Assembly (NCBI GenBank): GCA_032718475.1
Contig: JAUCBJ010000606.1
Coordinates: 50,944-114,943, forward strand
Source of the DNA: Nemertoderma westbladi
Taxonomy: Eukaryota > Animalia > Xenacoelomorpha
Direction of reading: 5' to 3'
DNA: 64,000 nt
Shown here: positions 25,502-39,866 of the stretch, one piece after another
Layout: each line of letters starts with the position of its first letter
How positions within the stretch are numbered: the first letter of the stretch is position 1
Notes under the pieces: model-generated
Database searches by the model: none
Seen by the model: the letters and a program-made list of their open reading frames with translations, nothing else
Told to the model about the DNA's origin: nothing
Made by a program: the position numbers and the translations under genes

Positions 25502-26735
25502 TTCCTATTCCTATTCAATCATAAAATTGGCAAAGAAATAGCCTTTTTCATGAAAAACGTCATTCTGAGATATATAATTATATGATGTTAGACAACCACG
25601 ACTTTAGAGGGATTGTGATATTAATATGAAAACAATAAACTATGAAATGGGGTCTTATTCCCTCAGATACTACCTAGCATTTAGGGCCACTTGGGCCACT
25701 TTTAGTACTCAGGCACAAAAGGCCTATTAAAAAATGAAATACCAAATCGATTGTAGTGCTCCCAACCCAACTACCACAAAGAAAACTGCACCAAACCATA
25801 CATACCATACAGGTACCAGTAAGTATTGCACGAATAGGCTATCCCATAAATTAAGAAAAATATAGGACATTTTGTCCGCCGAAAGGTTAGTCTATGTAAT
25901 AAATTTTATAAAAATAAAAGGGTTTCGGAGATTTAAACTCTGAACCCTGGGATTAGTGGTTCTCCTCATCAGCAGTGTGCCACGAAACCCACCCCTAACC
26001 TAACAAAACTGCACCACTAAATTAAGACAATGACCAATAAATTGGAAATCCTACCGTACCACCGAACAGAGTTGAAACCACCCACCCCCAATGTATGTTA
26101 CCATCAGACCCAAATGCATAAACATGATTCCCCACTGAATGCAACCAACCCCAATTAGCACCTACCGGTATGTACAGATAAATGATTAGATTTTAAAACA
26201 AAATTGCGCAGATGTCAGAAAATACCCCTTTAAATATATAATTATATGATGTTGACAACCACGACTTTAGAGGGATTGTAATATTAATATGAAAACAGGA
26301 ACTTATTCATGGGGACTTATTCCCTCAGATACTTCCTAGCATAGATAAGATATGAGGAAACTGCTTGCAGATTTGAAATCTCCATTAAATTCGGCACATA
26401 AAAAAACTTTTTTATTGATTTCCAAAATAGGTGGGTGCTATTATCCCCCCCCCCCCCCCGCATGTATGATTTTAAGGCTTTTAAACGTCGGTCTAAATTC
26501 TTACCTTGAAAGTATTATATATAATTAGAGCTACTACCGCAGTTTTCATTTATTAATTCCATAATTATTAATTTAAGCCTAGTAGATATTATGTGTTATT
26601 ATAAGAGTCTGTTAATGTATAATAATATTAGTAATAACTATAAATTGATTGGGTTTTTACGGTTTCTTTTTTCGGTATCTATACATACATTATACCCTAC
26701 TGTATGTTCATTATTATGTTAAGTATTCTGTGTAC

Positions 26736-29700
26736 AAACTGACTATATATAACTACTATATATATAACAAACTAACTATATATAACTACTATATATAACA
26801 AACTGACTATATATAACTACTATATATAACAAACTGACTATATATAACTACTATATATAACAAACTGACTATATATAACTACTATATATAACAAACTGAC
26901 TATATATAACTACTATATATAACAAACTGACTATATACAGTATAACTACTATATATAACAAACTGACTATATACAGTATAACTACTATATATAACAAACT
27001 GACTATATATAACTACTATATATAACAAACTGACTATATATAACTACTATATATATAACAAACTGACTATATATAACTACTATATATAACAAACTGACTA
27101 TATATAACTACTATATATAACAAACTGACTATATATAACTACTATATATAACAAACTGACTATATATAACTACTATATATATAACAAACTGACTATATAT
27201 AACTACTATATATAACAAACTGACTATATATAACTACTATATATAACAAACTGACTATATATAACTACTATATATAACAAACTGACTATATATAACTACT
27301 ATATATAACAAACTGACTATATATAACTACTATATATAATAAACTGACTATATATAACTACTATATATATAACAAACTGACTATATATAACTACTATATA
27401 TATAACAAACTGACTATATATAACTACTATATATAACAAACTGACTATATATAACTACTATATATATAACAAACTGACTATATATAACTACTATATATAT
27501 AACAAACTGACTATATATAACTACTATATATATAACAAACTGACTATATATAACTACTATATATAACAAACTGACTATATATAACTACTATATATAACAA
27601 ACTGACTATATATAACTACTATATATAACAAACTGACTATATATAACTACTATATATAACAAACTGACTATATATAACTACTATATATAACAAACTGACT
27701 ATATATAACTACTATATATAACAAACTGACTATATATAACTACTATATATATAACAAACTGACTATATATAACTACTATTTATATAACAAACTGACTATA
27801 TATAACTACTATATATAACAAACTGACTATATATAACTACTATATATAACAAACTGACTATATATAACTACTATATATAACAAACTGACTATATATAACT
27901 ACTATATATAACAAACTGACTATATATAACTACTATATATAACAAACTGACTATATATAACTACTATATATAACAAACTGACTATATATAACTACTATAT
28001 ATAACAAACTGACTATATATAACTACTATATATAACAAACTGACTATATATAACTACTATATATAACAAACTGACTATATATAACTACTATATATAACAA
28101 ACTGACTATATATAACTACTATATATATAACAAACTGACTATATATAACTACTATATATAACTACTATATATATAACAAACTGACTATATATAACTACTA
28201 TATATAACTACTATATATAACTACTATATATAACAAACTGACTATATATAACTACTATATATAACTACTATATATAACAAACTGACTATATATAACTACT
28301 ATATATAACAAACTGACTATATATAACTACTATATATAACAAACTGACTATATATAACTACTATATATAACAAACTGACTATATATAACTACTATATATA
28401 ACAAACTGACTATATATAACTACTATATATAACAAACTGACTATATATAACTACTATATATAACAAACTGACTATATATAACTACTATATATAACAAACT
28501 GACTATATATAACTACTATATATATAACAAACTGACTATATATAACTACTATATATAACAAACTGACTATATATAACTACTATATATATAACAAACTGAC
28601 TATATATAACTACTATATATATAACAAACTGACTATATATAACTACTATATATATAACAAACTGACTATATATAACTACTATATATAACAAACTGACTAT
28701 ATATAACTACTATATATAACAAACTGACTATATATAACTACTATATATAACAAACTGACTATATATAACTACTATATATAACAAACTGACTATATATAAC
28801 TACTATATATAACAAACTGACTATATATAACTACTATATATATAACAAACTGACTATATATAACTACTATATATAACAAACTGACTATATATAACTACTA
28901 TATATAACAAACTGACTATATATAACTACTATATATAACTACTATATATAACTACTATATATAACAAACTGACTATATATAACTACTATATATAACTACT
29001 ATATATAACAAACTGACTATATATAACTACTATATATAACAAACTGACTATATATAACTACTATATATAACAAACTGACTATATATAACTACTATATATA
29101 ACAAACTGACTATATATAACTACTATATATAACAAACTGACTATATATAACTACTATATATATAACAAACTGACTATATATAACTACTATATATAACAAA
29201 CTGACTATATATAACTACTATATATAACAAACTGACTATATATAACTACTATATATAACTACTATATATAACTACTATATATAACAAACTGACTATATAT
29301 AACTACTATATATAACTACTATATATAACAAACTGACTATATATAACTACTATATATAACAAACTGACTATATATAACTACTATATATAATCTTTATAAC
29401 TACTATATATAACAAACTGACTATATATAACTACTATATATAACAAACTGACTATATATAACTACTATATATAACAAACTGACTATATATAACTACTATA
29501 TATAACAAACTGACTATATATAACTACTATATATAACAAACTGACTATATATAACTACTATATATAACAAACTGACTATATATAACTACTATATATAACA
29601 AACTGACTATATATAACTACTATATATAACAAACTGACTATATATAACTACTATATATAACAAACTGACTATATATAACTACTATATATATAACAAACTG

Positions 29701-29879
29701 ACTATATATAACTACTATATATAACAAACTGACTATATATAACTACTATATATAACAAACTGACTATATATAACTACTATATATAACAAACTGACTATAT
29801 ATAACTACTATATATAACAAACTGACTATATATAACTACTATATATAACAAACTGACTATATATAACTACTATATATAA
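26736..29879 (+). repeat. 31-bp satellite (CAAACTGACTATATATAACTACTATATATAA)n, about 3.1 kb
   Basis: 31-bp period with TA slippage variants. Confidence 0.98.
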
Positions 29880-30877
29880 GCTTTCCCACTATTAGGGCCA
29901 CCTTTTAAAGGTCCAATGGCCCTTAAATGGCCTTGGGCTTGGAGCAATGGCCCTAATCCTACTACGATGGCCCAAAAGGTACACGTCCTCTTAGGGCAAA
30001 TATGGCCCACCTAGAACAAAATGGCCCAATCTAGGCATAATGGCCCAAAATAAACAATTACAAGGAAATTGCCTTTAGTTCTTATGAATTTAACTTGCAC
30101 CCCTAGCGGTAAACAATAGTATTTATTATCAATTTAATTCTACAGCCAAAAATGCCTTTGCAGATATTTTAAAAAATATATATATCTACAATAACGCATA
30201 CAATTCACTTTTGTGTAATTTCTGATTATGAGTTGTACAATAAGTAGTTTTTAGACGATTTTAAGTCTTTCGTTACAGATAATTATTATCACTTATGACC
30301 GACAGTCAAAAACGCGGAAGTGATTTCTCGAGTTAATGGCGCAAAGTGACCGGAAACACAAAATATGTGTTTTTTAGATGATTTAAAAAATTTATTTATT
30401 TAAATTTCAAACATTAGTGGCGGTGTTTTCTACCCAAAACAATAAACAATACCTTTTCACTAATGGTTAATTTGCGCCACTATTTCGATGTCTCAGCAGT
30501 TTGAATATCGAAACTTGTGCAAACAAAATATGTTAAATTGTAAATAACAATACTGTTTTAATAAATTCTCACTGACAAGCGATTAAAATTTGTGCTTTTT
30601 TAAGAAATAATGTATGAGCGTTCGGTACCTCTAGGAAGGATAACTATTTCGCGTTCTATACACTTCATTATTAACATTTTGTCATTGGTGGGGGGTTAGT
30701 TTATAGACTAGCCTAAATACATCCTACGACCCCTACGAATTCCATCCCCCACCAGTAATTCATATATTGGAGACATAAATGTAGACGTTTTGCCTCTTAC
30801 CCTAATGTAACAATTATCTATAGGCCTATTAAATATAATGTGAATTTTATCCCGTATTAATTAAATCTAATAACTAT

Positions 30878-31598
30878 TTACATCATTGTGTGCAAAGTAG
30901 CACTTTGCAGCGTTATGACCCGAGTTTATTTATGTACCGAGCGAGCGCAGCGAGGGAGGTTTACATCAATAAACAAGGGTCTTTAACGCTGAAAAGTGAC
31001 CTTTGCAAGCAATGATGTATGTAATTTTGTTACATTATGTCAACTTATCAGCGTTCGGTTTGTGAAGAAAGGATTTTATGGTAGCTCATTTATACATTTT
31101 AATCATGTACTATATCGAATATAAGTGAAATTTATTAACAGGTACACAGTATTAATTATACATTTAAATCTATTAAAGATTATTGGAAGTTATCTGCTGC
31201 ATGGTTGTGATAAATCATTAATCCATCTTGACTATAGTCGACTGAAGCAAACTTATTCACCGTCTGTGTCCGTTCAGTTTTACTGAACACTATCGTCACT
31301 TTCTTTGGTTAATTTAGTGTCTTCTATTGGACGTTTCGCCATAATGGATTACAGTACATGTTAAACAATTATTTACATCCAGTAGCTAGTCCCGTCACTG
31401 CAAATTGGATAATAAAGCTGCAATCATTAACATAAATGGAAATAATACATTCTGGAATACGGTAATTGAAGTTGTTTCCATGTCATTGATTACTTTGCAA
31501 CGTTCCGTCCTATAGGCCGCAACGCTGCAAAGTAGTACTTTGCAGCGTTATGAGTAATTCACCAGAACGCTGTTAAGTTGGCATAATGTAACAAAATA
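30878..31598. mobile_element. Non-autonomous element with nested inverted repeats (Crypton-like)
   Basis: Hairpin 30880-31020 centred on CGAGCGAGCGCAGCGAGG; second inverted pair ATTTTGTTACATTATGTCAACTTA (~31024) and TAAGTTGGCATAATGTAACAAAAT (~31575); family call is from resemblance only. Confidence 0.45.
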
Positions 31599-31897
31599 TA
31601 TTGTAACAAACATTTTATTTTTTTTATTTTTAGATAATCTAAATAATATTTGTCATTTGGGTGGCTCCAAGGGGACATTGTCTTGTAAGAAGCATTATAT
31701 TTTTTAGTGGCCCTTTATGAACAGTGACTAATTAAGGCCATTTCGAACTTTTGGCTCAAATGGAACATGGTCTTGCATGGGTCATTGCCTTTTCAAAGGC
31801 GTTTGATACAAATTGGCTAATATCGGGCCACATTATAGTTGAGTGGCTCCAAGCGACACTATCCAATATGGGCCATTTCAGATTTGAATGGCTTTAA

Positions 31898-32889
31898 CCC
31901 TTTGAGCCCTAAGGACGTATATATACGTCCTCAACAGTGTCCTAAGGACGTATATATACGTCCTGGTGTTAATTGCTGCCAATGGGGATGATTCAAGTTT
32001 AGGTTATTCTAGCAGTGTTTATCCATCGCTTAGGGCACTATACTACCCGTTTTAGTTAAAAAAAAGTGATCTGGAGTTTGAGTTAGAGGTTGGAATTCAA
32101 CCAATCAGTGATGAGCTCCTTTTCAGAGAAAGCAGGCTGCTTATTGAAAGCAGATTGATTGTACCCTGTACAGTAGGATATGGCAGAGGTTTGAATGAGT
32201 ACCCTTGAGAATTCCAACCAATCAGAGTTTATTTCCCTGTCAAGCTTTCTACTGTAATAATCTACTTTGTAAATAAATAAATACATGACTGAAAAGTGAA
32301 AAGTGAAAACCTGGTATTCTTCATATTGGTGAATTACGTAATTGTATTTCGTAAATAGAATAATGGGTATGATGATTGTTCCTGTACTAGCATCCTGGTG
32401 GATTATTGTGGTAATTCTGCAATAATGAAGCTATATTGCATTTTAGTATTACAATAATTATTCATTTATATTTATCATTCATTCACAGTTTGGGGCTCCA
32501 GGGCTCTGCCTTGATGAATGCTTTGCAGATTATCATAAATAAGTAATATAGATTATACCGGTTCCATAAATAGACCATTGAATATAATAATATATATGAT
32601 ATAGTTCAGAAAAATAAATATTTTTTTTATTTTTTAATTTTCAAAATTTTTTTTTTTATTAAAAAAAAATTTTAATTAAATTTTTTTTTTAATTTTTAAA
32701 AATTTAATTTTTTTAAATTAAAAAAATATGAAGAATATTAATCATGACACCTTTTAAGATAAAAGTCAAATCATTTTAAAAATGTGTCATAACTTCTAGA
32801 TGATTGGCATTGCTGTAAATGTGTTTTAAAGTTTGCTTAATTTTTAGGTTCTGGGGGGCTATTTAAAAAAGGGCCTAGTAACCAAAGGG
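31898..32889. mobile_element. piggyBac-like MITE
   Basis: TTAA-CCCTTTG...CAAAGGG-TTAA; duplicated palindrome GGACGTATATATACGTCC near the left end. Confidence 0.85.
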
Positions 32890-33422
32890 TTAAGGGAAAA
32901 TTGCCTAATATATATGAAATATATTTCATATTTAAGTGGCTCTAATGGACAATGTCTTGTAAGAGCCATTTCATTTTTTGGTGGCCCTTTATGAACAGTG
33001 TCCAATAGAGGTCATTTTGAATTTTAGTGGCTCCAATGGAATATTGTATTGCATGGGACAATCCTTTTTAAAGGTTTTTATAAATATATTCAAATTAAAT
33101 TAAACAGTATTAGATAAAGCGGTTTTTTTGTGAGAGACATCCAGAAGTCCAATTTTTTCTTTTGAAAAATAGCTTTAATCATGAGGTTTTTATTCTAGAA
33201 CATTTAACATTTTGACAGTAAGATTGTAGCTAGAAATTTTGAAAAACAACAATAAAACAACAAATAATAAACAACAACAATAAAAATTTAAAATTAAAAA
33301 AAAAATTTCTTGTTGAAATTACTTTAATCATTGCTTTTATTATTTATTAGCTACCATAAATTTTACTAGATATCATGATAATTTAATTGAAACCGCGTTA
33401 ATTAAATTAAAATTAAAATTAA

Positions 33423-35137
33423 GACCGCGTTTACACTACCGAGTCAAAGTCAAGGTCAAATTCAAAAGAAAATAAATATAGCTAGCTAGCAATAATAAAT
33501 AATAATACATTATATAGGCCTAATATAATACATAAGTGCATTCTAGAAAAAATTAATTTCATGTGATATGTTTTACATTTTGTCTTTTAAAACCCTATTA
33601 GTACCGGGCTATAAAATGCTGTACAAATACCGGGGGGGGGGGGGGGGGGGTCATATTGACCCTTCCCTCTAAAATCTACAAATATTAACGAAAACGTCTG
33701 AATTTACTGGGGTGGTAATATTGCAGCACCAAAATTACAAGTAGTGCACAATTTTCACAAAATTTGAAAGTTACATTTTTCGGCTAATTGTTTTTCAAAA
33801 TAGGTTTTCTGGGGCGCAAAATACATTGGAAAATATTTAAAAATGATATGATTACCATAAATGGCTGTTTAGTCCTCTCTTCGTAGGAAAAAAATGAAAA
33901 AACAAGTAACCAGCACTTTTCAGTTAGAACACAAAATTTTTAATTCACTTATATGATGCTATAAATTCACATTCTCAGGTTTTCTAGGGCGCTGATTCTA
34001 ATGGAATACATTTCAAATATGCCAGATCATTGCTACTTGTATTTTTCGGCGTAATTTGACAAATTTTGGTGCTAGCACCAAATTTCGTACCCATCACCAA
34101 AAAGTACAAGTTTGCGATGTCCAGTGCTGTTTTTATTGATTCCATCGGATTCAGGACCCTCATAAACCCGTATAACGCAAGAAACAAGATGATACTATCT
34201 ACTGATCAATTTACTCATTTTCCAAAATTTGGTGCTGGCACAACAATTTTCAGCCACCGGCGAAAAATACAAGTTTGAAAACTCTTATGAAATTTTTACT
34301 GTTTCCATTGAATTCAGAACCCTAACAAACCCGTATAACGCAAGAAACAAGATGGCACAATCAATTGATATATTTGATGGTTTTCAAAATTTGGTGCTAG
34401 CACCACATTTTGCACCCACTTCCGAAAAATACAAGTTTGAGATGTCTAGTTCGATAATTATATATTCCATTGAATTCAGAACAGCCATAAACCTCTAAAA
34501 TGCAAGAAATAAATTGTCACAAGCAATTTTATCTATTGAATGGATTTTTTCAAAATTTCGTGCTAGCACCAAAATTTGCACACAGCACCGAAAAATACAA
34601 GTTTGATACGCTTGGTGCAACTCGTATATGTTTCATCGAAACCAGAACCCCAAAAAACCCCAATTGCGTAAAAAACAAGTTTCAAACAATCAATTTACAA
34701 AATTGACATATTTCAAAATTTGGTGCTGGCACCAAAATTTGGCACCCGCCGAAAAAAACAAGTTTGAAATTTCTAAATCAATTTATATGAATTCCATCCA
34801 ATTGCTAAGACCAAAAAACCGGTGTAAATAAAAAATAGAGATGTTACAATTCATATTTAATGAAATGTAATTTTCAAAAAACGTTTCAAAAAAAGTGCCA
34901 AAAGTAGGGTTAAAAAATGGTGCTATAACTCGAAAACTACCCAATATTTTTGAAAACGGTTTTCACTACTAGGAATACAATAGATTTTTAGGAAAAGTCA
35001 TAAAATTTCAGATTCCCAACTGCGTTTGTTTCAGAATTATAATAAAAAAACCACGGGGGGGGGGGTCATATTGGCCCCCTCCACCCCAGGTTTAATAGGG
35101 TTAACTTTGACTTTGACTCGGTAGTGTGAACGCGGCC
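33423..35137. mobile_element. PIF/Harbinger-like MITE carrying a nested piggyBac-like element
   Basis: ~33-bp TIR GACCGCGTTTACACTACCGAGTCAAAGTCAA / TTGACTTTGACTCGGTAGTGTGAACGCGGCC; TAA on both sides. Confidence 0.85.
33593..35100. mobile_element. piggyBac-like non-autonomous element with internal ~163-bp tandem repeats
   Basis: CCCTATTA...TAATAGGG-TTAA (left TTAA imperfect); five units with the palindrome TTTGGTGCTAGCACCAAA at 34065-34740. Confidence 0.7.
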
Positions 35138-36683
35138 TAAAAAGTTATTTTATTCATTTTATATACGTATTATATCCATCCCGTTCTTTTTAAATACTAA
35201 CCAGGCCTTTGTCTAAAAAAATATTTGTTCTAGAACATTAATTTTTTCAAAATAAAATGGCTAAATTTCAAAAAAAAGAAATTATCAAAAACTAGCTAGT
35301 ATATATAATTTGGTGAGGGGTGTATGCATACTGAAACAGTACCCACTATTTTACAGTCAAAATAGCCAAGTTGCTATAAAAGTTTCCGGCCAAGTTGCTG
35401 GTGAAGTTGCTGGTAAAGTTGCCACGTGTAAACATTAAACAGCGATTAAATTAAATTGCTCCAAACACATTGCTAGTTGCCGAGAAAGTTGCTCTAAAAG
35501 TTGCCACGTGTAAACAGGCCTTTAGGACAGGGGGCATTGTTTTGTAGGGGCCATATCCTTTTTAATGGCCTTTTAAGTACATGGTCTAAAGTAGGCCATT
35601 TTGCTGCTATTAAAATTCAATAAACATGTCCACTTTCAGTGAGAAATAGTAAATAAATTCAGAAAATAAAAAAAGTTAATGAAAATATAAATCGTAAGAT
35701 CGATATTATGAAATGTAAGCAAATAAGACAATACCGATGGATCGTAATATTGTTATTTTCGCAGACTACATATTAAATTTAGAAATGAAGCGACATATTA
35801 AACACCTTTAACTAAGAATTATATTTTGTCATGAAATCGGCTATTTCTCCGCCGATTTTTGCTGGAATGATTTGAAATTTGTTCAGAAATGTTGACACTT
35901 GTTCAGAATACCTTTTGCACAAAAAGGCACTTTTGGCCACAGCAGAGTGCCATTTTGTGGCCTATTTTTTTAATTATTTGGTTTGGCCATTTTTAAACAC
36001 ACCAGACGATAATTAGTACCACAAAAAATAACTTTCAAATATAGTTTAAGATTTCAAAATGTTTCAGATTTAGTCATTAAAAACGTATGTTAATTCTAGG
36101 AAAAGTTAAGGGATTTGAATATTGAGTATTTCTGTGAATACAGACTCAGACACACACGGGCACGATGTTACTCCCCCCCCCCCCCCCCCCCCCCCCCAAA
36201 TACTTCCCAGTCCCACCGTTGTTAACAACAGTTATTGTATCATATAATAAAAAATATAGGTCTACATCCACTGAAGTGCCCATCGTGAAGTGAAATCCCA
36301 AGTGAAGTGCGATATCAAGATTTCCTTAGAATATGCCCTGAATTAGAAATACAGAGATATGAAATGGCCCTAAAACCTAAAACAAATATATTAAATGGCC
36401 TTCCCAGGAAAATACACCCATGTTAGATTGAGTTCATAATCTACAGTTAATTACTTTAAATTTATTAACAGTGGCCCCTTTATAATATCAAAATATAAAA
36501 TATGGCCCTAAATTCATAAATTAATTTTATTGATGTCTATTGGCAGAAATAGACTGGCAGACAGACATGTGTCAAACGGAAAAGACAGGGGGAAGGATAA
36601 TTGGGATTACAATCAGAGATGTGAGGCAAAGGTGGCTTCTACTGCTTGCCTTGCCATTTGCCCATCGCCTTATAAGTTAATAA

Positions 36684-37709
36684 GTTGACGGTGACACAGA
36701 ACCATTTGAAGTGTTATGGGGCGTCCTCCAAGGAGACACACTTGCACCATTCTTGTTCATTATTGTGGTTGACTATGTTCTACGCATGTCCTTAGATCAT
36801 TATAATGATGATGGGGTGATGATAACTCCACCTACTGGCTCCAGAAGTCGAGGAAATCCTGCCAAGTACCTAACTGATCTAGACTTTGCTGATGACTTAG
36901 GAGTACTCTCAGAATCATTAGAGGGAGCCCAACGGCTCCTCAGCTCATTAGAACATGCTGCTTCTAGTGTTGGTCTTTTTATTAACTCCAGAAAGACCAA
37001 AATTCTGACAGTTAACTTTGAAAGTCCTCAGCAAGTCTCTGATCGGATGAGCATAAGCTCAAAGGATGGTATGCTTGAGCATGTGGACGACTTCTGTTAC
37101 CTGGGATCATGGATCCGGAAGTCAGGTGAGGACCTTCGAATACGTAAGGGAAAGGCATGGGCAGCCTTGAATAGGCTTTCCAGGATTTGGAAGTCACCGA
37201 GAATTAATCGGAAACTTAAGGTCCGATTATTTAGAGCAGCAGTAGTTCCAGTACTCCTCTACGGGAGTCCATGCTGGGCTCTAACTGCTGAGGACACCAA
37301 ATCTCTGGATGGCACATTCACAAGAATGCTACGCCGGGTTCATTGTGTCAAGTACAATGCACACATCTCCAACCAGACACTATATAACATTGGAGGTGTC
37401 TCATTGGTTCCCCCAAGCTTGACACTAGAACAAAATCGCCTCCGCTTTGCAGGACATTGCTTTCGCCGTGAGGACCAGCCAGTGCATAATCTTGTACTTT
37501 GGCAGCCTCATGGAGTGAATAAGCATGGTGGACAGCCCATGACTTTCTTGAGACGCATCTTAAAGGACACTGGCCTTAAAGATGCGGATGATCTAGCAAA
37601 TGTCATGGGTGATAGGGAGTTGTGGCGGTGCAATTTTGTTGACAAGCCGGCACAGCATTCTTAAAAATGCAGCTGCAATGCAGCATGCCGATCCTAGTAG
37701 TAGTAGTAG
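36684..37709 (+). mobile_element. 5'-truncated RTE-like LINE (C-terminal half of RT, open frame)
   Basis: GVLQGDTLAPFLF, DLDFADD, FCYLGS, RLRFAGHCFR; (TAG)n tail; 13-bp TSD TATAAGTTAATAA at 36671-36683 and 37710-37722. Confidence 0.93.
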
Positions 37710-38142
37710 TATAAGTTAATAATAAAAGTAAGTAATAATCGGTTTCGTAAGTGGCTTGTAAGCCGCTTACAAAAGGCATTATATTATTATGGTCGTAAAG
37801 TGAAATCCTTTTCCAGTTTCGTTATTTATGATATGTTAAGCTGAAACTTGTGAAATCAGTACTATAGTACTTGTAAATTTCAAATTATATCAGGCTCAGC
37901 ATATTATAGTTACCCCACTCCCCTCATACCTCCCACCGTTGTTTACAGCAGTTATTGTATTATATAATAATAATATCCACCAAAATCCCAATTGAAGTTC
38001 GATATCAAGATTTCCTTAGAATATTCCCTGAATTAGAAATACAGAGATATGAAATGGCCCTAAAACCTAAAACAAATATATTAAATGGCCTTCCTAGGAA
38101 AATACACCCATGTCAGATTGAGTTCATAATCTACAGTTAATT

Positions 38143-39866
38143 ATACTAGAACGCCATCAAGATGGCTTTAAACGAACCTGTCTTACACAGACTCCAAGAA
38201 ACAGATGGGATTGGAAGATGCAAACCAAGAATGACTTGCATCAACCAAAAAACTGCCTCCCATCTAATGTAATACACATTCGCCTAGGCAAACAAATCAT
38301 AATCACAATTACTACGATGATGTGTGAAATGGTATCCATATCCGCAACCTGAGAAACGGCCCAAAAGAGCAGTTTATTCTGCGGAGGGGTCTTTTCTGTA
38401 TTAGATAAATAAAATAAAGAACACTATGATTACAGTATTTATACCTGATACATTCTCAGTTAGCCTAATAAAAACATCGGAGCAACCAATATAATGTACG
38501 TACATGTACAAGCATCCTATGAAAGTTTGTGAAATCTGATACATTCTCAGTTAGCCTAATAAAAACATCGGAGCAACCAATATAATGTACATGTACAAAA
38601 TCCTATGAAAGTTTGTGAAATGTTCCCTTAAGTCTACCCAACAGCCGTTGGTACCCGACTGGCAGCCACCCTGGTTCAGTTTTATGGTTTTGTTAGTTTA
38701 ATCGACAGCTGTTGTAAACGTCCCAGATATACAAAACCTACTAAGCCTTTGCATTACAATTGAGCTTAGCCTAAGTTGATGACAGTATTATAACGATGAC
38801 AATTAGGCCCTATAGATACATACGATATATAAATGATGTACTGCTTGACATTACACTAACTGGCTGAATAGAGATAGAACTATAATAATACGTTTGGCAT
38901 TCTGTCAGATTTCAGTAGTAAGTAACCTCATAATAATTGCTAAATATCAATCACCTGAAAAACATTTCAAGCAAGGGAGTTGTGGGTATTTAATTTCGCG
39001 TTCAATAATGTTGAAAATATGCAAATATTTCGAATATCGCACTTCGAATCGTTCCCAACTTTTTTATTCAACAACTAGACAACAATTGATAAATACTTGC
39101 GTTTACAATTTTACAATGCATGCAAGTGGTTTCAAGCCATTTGGTGAACATACATAGTGACATAGTGATATAGGTAAATATATATATCCATCGTGTTTTT
39201 GCCGGCCTCAGCTTTAGACAAAAACTACCCAGTCTAAAGACAGGTAGTCTACCCAACAGCCGTTGGTACCCGACTGGCAGCCACCCTGGTTCAGTTTTAT
39301 GGTTTTGTTAGTTTAATCGACAGCTGTTGTAAACGTCCCAGATATACAAAACCTACTAAGCCTTTGCATTACAATTGAGCTTAGCCTAAGTTGATGACAG
39401 TATTATAACGATGACAATTAGGCCCTATAGATACATACGATATATAAATGATGTACTGCTTGACATTACACTAACTGGCTGAATAGAGATAGAACTATAA
39501 TAATACGTTTGGCATTCTGTCAGATTTCAGTAGTAAGTAACCTCATAATAATTGCTAAATATCAATCACCTGAAAAACATTTCAAGCAAGGGAGTTGTGG
39601 GTATTTAATTTCGCGTTCAATAATGTTGAAAATATGCAAATATTTCGAATATCGCACTTCGAATCGTTCCCAACTTTTTTATTCAACAACTAGACAACAA
39701 TTGATAAATACTTGCGTTTACAATTTTACAATGCATGCAAGTGGTTTCAAGCCATTTGGTGAACATACATAGTGACATAGTGATATAGGTAAATATATAT
39801 ATCCATCGTGTTTTTGCCGGCCTCAGCTTTAGACAAAAACTACCCAGTCTAAAGACAGGTTCGTTA
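38143..39866 (-). mobile_element. Helentron-associated (HINE/DINE-like) non-autonomous element with an internal 615-bp tandem duplication
   Basis: Subterminal inverted repeat AACGAACCTGTCTT (~38171) / AAGACAGGTTCGTT (~39852); hairpin GCCATCAAGATGGC beside CTAG at the left end; no TSD; 38631-39245 duplicated at 39246-39860; ~90-bp internal dimer at 38447-38621. Confidence 0.65.

Noticed and set aside
34066-34831. Cluster of similar short ORFs
   Set aside because: They derive from the ~163-bp repeats inside a MITE.
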